Assembly (NCBI GenBank): GCA_018819225.1
Contig: JAHJQN010000001.1
Span: forward strand, 1 to 64,000
DNA from: Candidatus Micrarchaeota archaeon
GTDB taxonomy: Archaea; Micrarchaeota; Micrarchaeia; Norongarragalinales; SBBD01
DNA: 64,000 nt
Direction: 5' to 3'
Shown here: in pieces, positions 30,974-39,338 of the stretch
How positions within the stretch are numbered: position 1 is the stretch's first letter
Layout of the letters: every line of letters begins with the position of its first letter
Notes under the pieces: generated by a model
Databases searched by the model: none
What the model saw: the letters and a program-made list of their open reading frames with translations, nothing else
What the model was told of the DNA's origin: nothing
Translations under genes and position numbers: made by a program

Positions 30974-32026
30974 TCAAGAACGCTTGCGGATGACAAATTG
31001 AAAGGCTCCCTGTTCTTCGATGCGCAGTCTCTCCACGGACGTGCGGAGAACGCTTCTAGCATGCTGTTCCAACGTTTCCTGAATGAATGCAGCCTTTGTT
31101 GGGTTTTTGGCGCGCACGGTAGCTCCAAGAACCAGTCCGAGGCGATCGACGCCCGAAATAGATGTCTTCAAGGTAACCGCGGAACCCTCGTGTTGGACCG
31201 ACAACGCAAATCCGGGGCGGTGTCCATGCTCACGAATATGATGCGTCAATATCTCTTTCAAGTCGTTTGCCAAGCCTTGGGGATCCGTCCGGGTTTCCAT
31301 TCTTTTTTTTGCGATGGCCGTCAATGAAGTCGGGGTCTCCGAAACAACCATTTCGTTAGCGTGAAGGCGTTCCCACATGTTATCCCGGGAAAACATTCTC
31401 AGTTTTTCGGCATCGCCTGCGGAAGGCAGTTGGGCTTCCGCGAAATGGGAGACGGCCCGATGGCCCCCATGCGTGAGTTGCGCACCAAAAAATAGCTTGG
31501 GACCCACCGAACGAAGGTTTACCTCGTGCAAGCCATGACCGGAGGTATCCGAGTGAGCCAGCCATTTTGCAATCTCTGACCGGAATGAAACCGTAGGAAA
31601 AGGCGCAAGCGAGGATGCACTGGCCGCGCGTTGTTTCCACAACGTTTCGGATTCTGCAGAGAAATTATGTCTCGGTTCCGTCAAGCCAAGACGTCGGAGA
31701 GTGCCCACCGAACGGGCAGCCTCCCATTGAACACGATCCGCGGGATCGATTCCATAATCCTCGCGGAGCCTCGCTAGCTTTTTGAAGTATACCGTCCATT
31801 CCTTGGCGTTACGTTCATGAATGCCGGAACCGCCTTCCATTCCCGAAGGACCGCGAAACCGCGTTCCGTAAAATCTTTTAACGCGTTCGGGAGTATCCGC
31901 TAAACGGGGGTCGAAACCATGGCGCTCTTTTTCTGCATCGGAAAGCTTGGCAATGTGCGCGGGATCGAAGGATGAGCCTCCGACACGTTTCTTAACGGGT
32001 TCTTCATTGCGTTCTCTTGCGGGCAT
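30974..32026 (-). CDS. Hypothetical protein
   Basis: Long ORF; ATG 32026 preceded by AGGAG; no recognised motif. Confidence 0.6.
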   Translation of the reverse strand: MPARERNEEPVKKRVGGSSFDPAHIAKLSDAEKERHGFDPRLADTPERVKRFYGTRFRGPSGMEGGSGIHERNAKEWTVYFKKLARLREDYGIDPADRVQWEAARSVGTLRRLGLTEPRHNFSAESETLWKQRAASASSLAPFPTVSFRSEIAKWLAHSDTSGHGLHEVNLRSVGPKLFFGAQLTHGGHRAVSHFAEAQLPSAGDAEKLRMFSRDNMWERLHANEMVVSETPTSLTAIAKKRMETRTDPQGLANDLKEILTHHIREHGHRPGFALSVQHEGSAVTLKTSISGVDRLGLVLGATVRAKNPTKAAFIQETLEQHARSVLRTSVERLRIEEQGAFQFVIRKRS

Positions 32027-32051
32027 GATCCTTCTCCTGAAACGAGATGCC

Positions 32052-32495
32052 TCACGTTTTATGGACAGGAAAACGGTAAATGTCAAGCAAATGGGGATTG
32101 TGCGTAACCACACTTCTTCCGCGCCCAAATCGTTCCTTTAAAATTGAAACGATGGCAGCATGGGCAGCCAACGCCTCCGAAGGATTCTGAAACACGTGAT
32201 GCAAGTTCGTGGTAGAAGTGGGAGCAGTTTTTTCGCCGGGCTGTTTGGGATGAATGATCTTTAATCGCAACGCCAACGAACGTTCTTCACCCGGAGGAAC
32301 GATGTTTATAGAAAAACCCGTATCAGGTCGTTGCGTTTGGGATTCGAATACGTGAAGTGAGCGGCTGAGATGACGGATACCGCGTTCGAGGGATTCTCGG
32401 TCAATGGGATGCGTTTCAATCCCTTTTTGTGGATGATGCGCTAAGGCCTTTGCCTTTAAGACCCTGTGCAATCCTTCTGCTGATTCACCCGGCAT
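32052..32495 (-). CDS. Hypothetical protein (true start ATG 32495)
   Basis: AGGTGAT SD; the upstream ORF extension runs into the transposon end. Confidence 0.55.
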   Translation of the reverse strand: MPGESAEGLHRVLKAKALAHHPQKGIETHPIDRESLERGIRHLSRSLHVFESQTQRPDTGFSINIVPPGEERSLALRLKIIHPKQPGEKTAPTSTTNLHHVFQNPSEALAAHAAIVSILKERFGRGRSVVTHNPHLLDIYRFPVHKT

Positions 32496-32675
32496 AAATA
32501 TCACCTGGCCCTTCTCTTGAGGCTTTGCCTCTAAAATGGTATTTGCCCATAAATCCAGTTGGATGGCCACAAATTCGACATGACTACTCAAGTAACGCCA
32601 AATAGTGTGCTCAACGCATTTCACGGTATACTCGCGGGTAATGCTTTTATTATCAGTTAATCACATTAGGCGATC

Positions 32676-33689
32676 ATGGATCAGATCACAGGCTTTGATT
32701 CAAAAGAATATCACGCTGGCCGCATTGGACATTTCTTCGCGCCAATAGGTATTGGAGTATCGGTTTCAAACTATGAGACGTTTAAAACAGAATATTCTCG
32801 GCTTTGGCGGGATATTCTTGATGACCGAGGATTAGAATATCGGCGAAAAGTGTATTCTGCTAGGGATTTATTAGTATTATTCCCGCAAGAAAAATATAGT
32901 TTAGAAGAAGATTTTCTTGAAGGCATTCGTAGAAATATTATACACACTACATTCTATTTTACTCAACTACCAAACTCAAAACGGGTATACTCGCGAGGGT
33001 GGTTAAAGAACCAGCCTGCAAGCGAATTTATGCAAAGGGGTCTCAATCAGTACCCTTATTGGTGTGCGTGGAAACACCACCAATCAGAAAGTAGCCCCAG
33101 TCATTCTCCAATCGCTTTTCTTGATGAGTTTGCTGGAGAAGAAACAACTGCTTGGAACACATTATGCCATTCAAGTCCGCGAATATTTTATCGCGGGGAC
33201 AATTCAAATCCTTTGATTTCTACCGCTGATGTACTATTGGATTTTCTAGATGGGAAGCTCCGATTGCGAAGGTTGACGGACAACACAATTGAAGCTGAAC
33301 TTTCCTCCGCTGGCCTTCACGGAAATTCAGAATATATCGGTGTTCCCGACCTGCGGTATATTACTCCGATTTCTAGAAGAATAATTGATAAAGCGCCTTT
33401 TCGAGCACGCCCTACGTACTTTTTGCTATTCGAAGAGAGGCCAAGTTTAATTAATCGAAAAGAGTGGGAACAATCGCGACTTTATTCGAGAATGATGGAC
33501 TTTGCGATAAAAGAAGCGTTTGAGAATAACGGTTGTGTAAAATTTTATGATTGGATAAACGATTTTAAATTCTTGAATAACAGCGACGTGTTTATATGGA
33601 GTGGAGAAAAAGGAAGACAAGTTGTGAAAGGAATCGCAGAGCCAAATGGAGCAAAAGACATCTACTTCTCTAATCAAGAAGGCATATAA
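32676..33689 (+). CDS. Cargo gene: predicted RNase H-fold nuclease (DUF3800/RNase HII-like)
   Basis: N-terminal ITGFDS strand, central AFLDEF, and RGD..NPLISTAD helix. The ORF is secure; the fold is inferred. Confidence 0.55.
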   Translation: MDQITGFDSKEYHAGRIGHFFAPIGIGVSVSNYETFKTEYSRLWRDILDDRGLEYRRKVYSARDLLVLFPQEKYSLEEDFLEGIRRNIIHTTFYFTQLPNSKRVYSRGWLKNQPASEFMQRGLNQYPYWCAWKHHQSESSPSHSPIAFLDEFAGEETTAWNTLCHSSPRIFYRGDNSNPLISTADVLLDFLDGKLRLRRLTDNTIEAELSSAGLHGNSEYIGVPDLRYITPISRRIIDKAPFRARPTYFLLFEERPSLINRKEWEQSRLYSRMMDFAIKEAFENNGCVKFYDWINDFKFLNNSDVFIWSGEKGRQVVKGIAEPNGAKDIYFSNQEGI

Positions 33690-33763
33690 AAAATCAGAAC
33701 GTTATAATATAATGGCGACTGGTTTTAGCCAGCCAAGAAAAACCCCGGTCGGGGCAATTCTCA
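33688..33763 (-). ncRNA. Candidate ~75-nt structured RNA
   Basis: TATAAATA (33792-33785) upstream; two hairpins, improved by G-U pairs on the minus strand; ends in T6. Confidence 0.45.
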
Positions 33764-33837
33764 AAAAAGTTCTTCCAGAACATGTATTTATAGCTTTGCT
33801 AATATCTCGGTGCAGCACCTGTCGCATTACAAGCGCC

Positions 33838-34518
33838 TTAGGTGGAAGTTGGTTCTTCAAGCTTCTTTTTATAATTCTCAAGGAAGCTAATAAGGAGATC
33901 TACATTCTCTTTGGATTCTTCTAGTTCCAGCTTACCTTTTTTTCCATAAAACAGCTTGACAAAGCCTTCTTCATTGGCGTTTACATTTTCAACTTCACTC
34001 ATCAATGGTTGGGTACTGACGGGTGTTTGGTGGCCAAGGTATTGCTTTTGCATACTACTATTTCGAGTAGCATCTATATAAACTTTTCGTATATTCTCGC
34101 AATGTTTCTTTATAGTTTCTTGGTGCACGCCAGTAATTTGCTGTAAAGCTATTTCAAATTGAACGGTATCGGGCTCAATTCCTTGTGGAAAATAACTAAA
34201 TAAGTCCTTATAGAGCGATATATTGAAAAGCAGTTCTCGAACAGCTTCCTGGTATTTCAATGGATCGGCCTCATAGGCGAGTTTTCGAGATAAATCGGTA
34301 GTTTGGTAGCCATTTGCCCTTCCAGTCACTAAGCCATACCTGCGAAGGTCCGCAATTTTAACATAGAATGCTCCACTGGTAGCGCTATGTCCAAGCGCCT
34401 TTGCAAAGGAAGCTTTTGGGCCTTCTTTACCTATAAGTCCCTTTTCGAGGGTTTTTGCTGCGTCAACCGCTTCCTCTAGAGAAAGGTTGGGGAGTTCGTA
34501 TTTACCTAGCTTGAGCAT
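33838..34518 (-). CDS. Cargo gene: winged-helix-like DNA-binding protein
   Basis: FAKALGHSATSGAF..KIADLRRYGLV...TTDL resembles an HTH plus wing. Confidence 0.55.
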   Translation of the reverse strand: MLKLGKYELPNLSLEEAVDAAKTLEKGLIGKEGPKASFAKALGHSATSGAFYVKIADLRRYGLVTGRANGYQTTDLSRKLAYEADPLKYQEAVRELLFNISLYKDLFSYFPQGIEPDTVQFEIALQQITGVHQETIKKHCENIRKVYIDATRNSSMQKQYLGHQTPVSTQPLMSEVENVNANEEGFVKLFYGKKGKLELEESKENVDLLISFLENYKKKLEEPTST

Positions 34519-34639
34519 ATTACCACCGAAAACATATCGCAGTTCATCTTTATAATCTTATCGTTTTTCCATCGTTCTTAACTGATATAGCCGCAAAGCT
34601 TAAAAACTTAAAGCCCTTACTTGGTTCAGATGGTTTTCG

Positions 34640-34768
34640 AGAGCTTGGGAGAGAAACAGGTTTGGACGCCTTCCTCTCCCCTGCCCTTCGCCATCAGAGG
34701 CGATCCCATGAGAAGACATTGGGGCACCCTTGTTGGGTCTAACAACGGGGGGTAAGTCCCCTTACAAC
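34640..34768 (-). ncRNA. Candidate ~130-nt multi-stem RNA
   Basis: Back-to-back helices with a multibranch junction; TTTTATAA (34797-34790) lies ~25 nt upstream of the first stem. Confidence 0.5.
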
Positions 34769-34815
34769 TTCAAGTATTGGATTAGGACATTATAAAACCT
34801 ACGGCTCTGTGGCGT

Positions 34816-35001
34816 TCACCTTTTTTTCTCGATTTCCTTTACGATGACCTTAACCCGCTTTCCAACATGAGGGGTCAATTTCGGATCTCGAATGTTAATC
34901 GTGCCGTAGATGTATTCCTTTTCTCCTCCCTTAAGTTTTTTTTTGTCCTTTGTTGAATGGATGGTAACTTCACATTCGGCAAGCAGCCTCATGTGAACCA
35001 T
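34816..35001 (-). CDS. Small transposon-encoded DUF2080/AbrB-like protein
   Basis: 61 aa, basic; P....HVGKRVKVIV; divergent from the transposase. Confidence 0.6.
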   Translation of the reverse strand: MVHMRLLAECEVTIHSTKDKKKLKGGEKEYIYGTINIRDPKLTPHVGKRVKVIVKEIEKKR

Positions 35002-35052
35002 TCTATACAGAAACCTTTTAATGCTTTTCTATACAGAATATTCTATATAGAA
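35001..35052. promoter_or_regulatory. Divergent promoter with three 12-bp palindromic operator-like sites TTCTATA(C/T)AGAA
   Basis: Copies at 35001-35012, 35027-35038 and 35041-35052 around TTTTAA. Confidence 0.75.
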
Positions 35053-35054
35053 AA

Positions 35055-36287
35055 GTGAGTATGATGAACGAGGAAGAATTACCAATGTGCAAATACTGCA
35101 ATTCGGTCAAAGTAATCAAGTGGGGGATTCGCTCCCTGCAGGATGGCGGCAAAGTGCAGACTTACTTTTGCGGAAATTGTCGCCGCAAGTTCACGGTAGC
35201 TCTTGATGAAAAGCTTTCCACTCAGCAAGCGCTTACTGAGGGATTGATCCCTGAGGCAATCCTAGAGCAGATATTTATTGCTCCCGACGGTCAGATTCCT
35301 CCTCTACCGATCGAAAATTATGGGCAGAAGTGGCCTGCGTACAACCAAGCGCAAACGCAGGAGAAGCTGCTGTTCATGGAATTGCTTGAAGACCTCGCCT
35401 CCTTGATTCCTGAAAATGAAGAGCGTAGGCGTGGAAGACCTTCTCCTTGCATGCGCGACATGCTTTACGCCTGCGTAATAAAAGTCTACGAAGGGTTGTC
35501 TTACCGCAGGGCGCATTCGGATATTGATATTGCCCGTAGTCGTGGCTACCTGCCAAAGACGCCGCACTACAACACAATTAGCAAATTCCTCCGAAAACCC
35601 GAGATGGCTCCGTTGCTTACCGCGCTAGTACGCATTTCAGCCATGCCGCTTTCTGGTTTCGAGGACACGATAGCAGTAGACGGTTCGGGCCTTTCCTCGG
35701 CGTTCTATTCGCGTTGGCTGGACTACCGTTTCGGTAAGAACGCACGGATAAGGGATTGGCTGAAGATTCATATCGCAGTAGGCGTTAAGTCGGGAATTGT
35801 TACGGCTATCAAGGTTACTGACGGCAAAGCCAGTGATTCTCCGCAATTCCCTGCCTTGGTTCAGGAAACTGCAGAAGGTTTTAGCGTGGAAACGGTTTGC
35901 GCTGACAAAGGATACAGTTCCCGAAACAATTTGCAGGTGGCTTGGGACCTCGGCATTGCTCCCTTCATTGACTTCAAGTCTAGCACTACAGGTAAGAAGC
36001 TAGGCAGCATAGCATGGCGGAAGATGTTCCACTACTATCAATACAACCGCGAGCAGTTTATGGCGGTTTATCATCAGCGTTCAAATGTCGAGAGCGCATT
36101 TTCCTCCCTCAAACGCAAATTCAATGGAAAACTATTCTCTAAAACCGAAGCAGCACAAGTAAACGAGGCCCTTGCAAAGATCCTTTGCCACAACATCGTA
36201 GTGCTCATCCACGAGTCCTTTGAAAACAATGTTCCAATCGATATCCAAGCGGCTGCCCACAAATTACCACTGCTGACTACAAAATAA
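35055..36287 (+). CDS. DDE transposase (IS5/IS4 superfamily) with N-terminal Zn ribbon
   Basis: CxxC...CxxC; WPAYNQ; VDGSG; WLKIH; ADKGY; YHQRSNVESAFSSLKR. Confidence 0.92.
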   Translation: MSMMNEEELPMCKYCNSVKVIKWGIRSLQDGGKVQTYFCGNCRRKFTVALDEKLSTQQALTEGLIPEAILEQIFIAPDGQIPPLPIENYGQKWPAYNQAQTQEKLLFMELLEDLASLIPENEERRRGRPSPCMRDMLYACVIKVYEGLSYRRAHSDIDIARSRGYLPKTPHYNTISKFLRKPEMAPLLTALVRISAMPLSGFEDTIAVDGSGLSSAFYSRWLDYRFGKNARIRDWLKIHIAVGVKSGIVTAIKVTDGKASDSPQFPALVQETAEGFSVETVCADKGYSSRNNLQVAWDLGIAPFIDFKSSTTGKKLGSIAWRKMFHYYQYNREQFMAVYHQRSNVESAFSSLKRKFNGKLFSKTEAAQVNEALAKILCHNIVVLIHESFENNVPIDIQAAAHKLPLLTTK

Positions 36288-36362
36288 CGATTATAGAGGC
36301 AAAGCCTTCTCTTGAAGAAAGTATTTATTAAACATTTGTAGGCTCAAAAAAAAGAGCGCAAA

Positions 36363-37139
36363 TCACATAATGAAGGCCGATAGAATCGCGAGTAGTCCGA
36401 TGGCCCAGCAGTAGTAAGCGAAATACACGAGCTTGGCTTCCCTCAGAATTTTCAATAAGAAACCAATGGAGAGATAGCCGACGACGGCTGCGGAAAGGAT
36501 TCCGGAAAGAGAAACCGCAAGAGGAACTGCGGCAAACTCCGCTTCCTGCAGCTGGAAGAACGAAGCGCCGATGATTGCGGGTATGCTGAGCAGGAAACTG
36601 AAGCGAGCGGCTTTTTCTGCGGGAATCCCGTAAAGCATGCCTGCGGAAATCGTGGCGCCGCTCCGGGAAATGCCGGGGGCTACGGAAAGTCCTTGAGCTG
36701 CCCCGATCAGCAAAGCGGATTTCCATCCCACTTCTTTTTTTCCAGCGGGAATCCGGCTGGCTGCAAACAACAGGAAGCCCGTAATCAGGAGCGCGGCTCC
36801 CACGAACTGGATGTGAAAGAACATGTCTTCAAAGAAATCGCGGAAAGCGAATCCGATAATGGCCGTGGGAATCATGGCAACAACCAGAAATAAAAGAGTG
36901 CGGAAATCCGGATGGTTCGGATTAAAGGAAAGCAAGCCTCGGAGCAGTTGAACGAGATCGGAACGGAAATAGATGAGAACAGCAAATAAGGTTCCGAGAT
37001 GAAGTGCGACATCAAATGCGACGGGTACCTCGATACCAAAAAAAATTTGCGCAAGTGCCAGATGACCCGAACTGGATACGGGAAGCCACTCGGTTACACC
37101 TTGTAAAATCCCCAATAATACGGCTTGAAATGCATCCAT
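36363..37139 (-). CDS. uppP: Undecaprenyl-diphosphate phosphatase (BacA family)
   Basis: QGVTEWLPVSSSGH and PGISRSGATI motifs. Confidence 0.93.
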   Translation of the reverse strand: MDAFQAVLLGILQGVTEWLPVSSSGHLALAQIFFGIEVPVAFDVALHLGTLFAVLIYFRSDLVQLLRGLLSFNPNHPDFRTLLFLVVAMIPTAIIGFAFRDFFEDMFFHIQFVGAALLITGFLLFAASRIPAGKKEVGWKSALLIGAAQGLSVAPGISRSGATISAGMLYGIPAEKAARFSFLLSIPAIIGASFFQLQEAEFAAVPLAVSLSGILSAAVVGYLSIGFLLKILREAKLVYFAYYCWAIGLLAILSAFIM

Positions 37140-37158
37140 AACTGGTACGGCTCGCGTT

Positions 37159-38271
37159 TTATGAACAGCAACGGAATCCCGTTCGCTCGCTTTGGAAATC
37201 CAAGGGCACGCCCACGCGGTAGGCGAAACACCCCGCACGCGTTACGTCGCGGTAATCGCCTCCACGAATCACGCCTCGCTCCAGGATATTTTCCAGTCCT
37301 TTAGCCTCGTTCTTGTAGAAGTCTTGGCCGTACTTTTCTTCGGCAACGCCCGCCGTTTGCGGAAAGACGTAATCAACGCCTAACTCCAACGCGTGGGCCG
37401 CCGTATTGACGTAACCGGAGGCGGTAGGGGTTTGCTCGGTTCCGAAATCGGAAACCCATTCCGCGACGTTCCCGATCAAATCATGCACTCCTTCTGCGGA
37501 CGTGCAACCCGATGCTTCCCCGGTTTCAAAAATTCGAGTGCCTTCAATGTGACACGCGTTTCCAATCATGCCGAGTTTTTGTCCCCCGATGTTGCAGGCC
37601 GTTAAAAATTCTTGAGAAGTACATAAACGTTTTCCGACGGTTTCGCAAGCCGCTTGAGCTTTCGCATACAGTACAATGGTCCACGGGATCTGACCGCCTT
37701 TTGAAATCGGCTGCCGAGTAACCAAATCCTGCGAGGCCTCGTAACGGTCCATGCAGAAATCCCCGTCAGAGAAATACGTCATTCCTGCAGCACAGGGCTT
37801 GTGATCGGTTTTGAACGAATCCATAATCGAGATGCCACAACGATCTTCCGAACACGTTTTGGCTTGGAAGAAATAGCGTTGGCGGAACGAAAGATTTTCA
37901 ATGGTGAAGGAATGCTGAGAAGTATTAATATCGGATTCACGTTTCAAATCCATGTCTTCGGATTCCCCGTATTCGAGCGTGGCAAAACCCGGAATGCCCG
38001 AGTTCCAGCTAATGATGGCCGTCGTATCGTTGATGGAGACACTCACAGCGGATAAGGGAATGGGTTCCGGCGTCGGAGTAGGAGTCGGGGTGGGCGCTTC
38101 CGTGGGCTCGGGCGTCGCGTTAATAATTGAAGGCTCGGGCGTCGCCTCATTGGAAGGCGTAGGGGTTTCGTTAACGACGGGTTCGGGAACGGGTGCGAAA
38201 TAGAAACTGTAAGCAAAATAGGCCATGGCGGCTACGACGAGGAATACGACTAACAAGTACCGCTTGCGCAT
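37159..38271 (-). CDS. Membrane-anchored protein with FN3-like and FGE-sulfatase (C-type lectin fold) domains
   Basis: N-terminal TM, PT linker, FCMDRYE, GKRLC, DLIGNVAEW, RGG...GFRCC. Confidence 0.85.
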   Translation of the reverse strand: MRKRYLLVVFLVVAAMAYFAYSFYFAPVPEPVVNETPTPSNEATPEPSIINATPEPTEAPTPTPTPTPEPIPLSAVSVSINDTTAIISWNSGIPGFATLEYGESEDMDLKRESDINTSQHSFTIENLSFRQRYFFQAKTCSEDRCGISIMDSFKTDHKPCAAGMTYFSDGDFCMDRYEASQDLVTRQPISKGGQIPWTIVLYAKAQAACETVGKRLCTSQEFLTACNIGGQKLGMIGNACHIEGTRIFETGEASGCTSAEGVHDLIGNVAEWVSDFGTEQTPTASGYVNTAAHALELGVDYVFPQTAGVAEEKYGQDFYKNEAKGLENILERGVIRGGDYRDVTRAGCFAYRVGVPLDFQSERTGFRCCS

Positions 38272-38311
38272 GCAAAGGAGTAGCGGATTGGGAATAATAA
38301 GGGTTGCGTTT

Positions 38312-39337
38312 TCACGAAGCGGTTTGGCGCAAGTGCCCGATACTGTAAACAGCGGCCCCGAATACGAGTGCGGAAACAGCGGTAAACACGAGTACGGGAA
38401 TCAAGGAATCGAGCGCAAGAGGACTCGCAGCCACCCGCGCCATGATCGCGAGAGGAAAGTATTCGCTGAACGGGGAGTAGGGAAGCACGACCAGGAACGG
38501 TATAATCATGCCGGCGAGCGAAGACCATGCATTCGCCTCCTTGACGGTGGCGGAAAACGATGAAATGATCACGCTCAACGACACCATGAACAAAGCGAAA
38601 ACGAATGAAACGAGCAGGAGGAGCTCGAAATTGAACAAAGGCAGGGCCTGGAGGACGAGGGACAACCAGAAAAACGAGAAGACGCCGGAAACGGCAACGT
38701 ACGGAAGAATTTTAGCGAGCGCGATATCGAGATTAGACAGGGGACTCACGAGCACGAGCTCAATGATGCGCTTCTTGCGTTCCAACAGAATACTTTGAAC
38801 CGTCAGGGACATGACGACGAACGCAGGAAGAATGACGGCCATGGGCACAATGAAACCGTAGCCGAGGCTCAGGAACTGAAAGTCTTTCCCCGTCGTCCCC
38901 TGAGTTTCGTACTCGAACGGGTATTGATCAAGGGCTTCGTCGAACGAATGCGCTTCAGAAGCTTCCTTGATGCGGGAAATCGCGAACCCCGAGTAAATGC
39001 TGGCCACATCCGTTTCAATCGTAGAAGTACGGCTATTGAGCGACGCTTCGATCCCGTATCGAAAACGGCGGTCGGGAGCGGAGTTACTGGAATAAATGTC
39101 GCGGCCTTGCGAGGTTTCAACAATGACGGAGACGCCGGATTCCTGCAAGTTATGGATGAGTTCCTCGTCGTACTCGTCCAAAGTGACTTGAACGGGAATC
39201 GTGGCGGTATTCAGAATCGAGTAGAAATGGAAAATGAAGAGCAATGTCGAAATGACCAGGAATTGAATGACGGCGCTCGCTAGAAACACTTTGTCCTTCA
39301 ATGTTTCGCGGAGTTCGCGGAGCGCCAGCGGAAGCAT
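38312..39337 (-). CDS. ABC-2 type permease
   Basis: ERKKRIIELVLVSPL; multi-TM. Confidence 0.82.
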   Translation of the reverse strand: MLPLALRELRETLKDKVFLASAVIQFLVISTLLFIFHFYSILNTATIPVQVTLDEYDEELIHNLQESGVSVIVETSQGRDIYSSNSAPDRRFRYGIEASLNSRTSTIETDVASIYSGFAISRIKEASEAHSFDEALDQYPFEYETQGTTGKDFQFLSLGYGFIVPMAVILPAFVVMSLTVQSILLERKKRIIELVLVSPLSNLDIALAKILPYVAVSGVFSFFWLSLVLQALPLFNFELLLLVSFVFALFMVSLSVIISSFSATVKEANAWSSLAGMIIPFLVVLPYSPFSEYFPLAIMARVAASPLALDSLIPVLVFTAVSALVFGAAVYSIGHLRQTAS

Positions 39338-39338
39338 G

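Larger units (their letters stand above)
32521..36306 (+). mobile_element. IS5-family (IS903-like) cargo transposon, 3,786 bp
   Basis: TIRs GGCTTTGCCTCTAAAAT (32521) and GGCTTTGCCTCTATAAT (reverse complement, ending 36306); 9-bp TSD TTCTCTTGA at 32512-32520 and 36307-36315; DDE transposase inside. Confidence 0.93.

Noticed and set aside
32496-32624. N-terminal extension of ORF 32052-32624
   Set aside because: It crosses the TSD/TIR junction; a strong SD supports ATG 32495.
35055-36287. Transposase as an IS1 or IS200/605 (TnpB-associated) element
   Set aside because: The Zn ribbon is IS1-like, but the DDE motifs, TIR and TSD fit IS5/IS903; no RuvC TnpB/IscB motifs were seen.
38070-38190. Short tandem-like repeats here and at ~6140-6180, ~45200-45270 and ~51480-51620
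   Set aside because: They encode Pro/Thr linkers of surface proteins.
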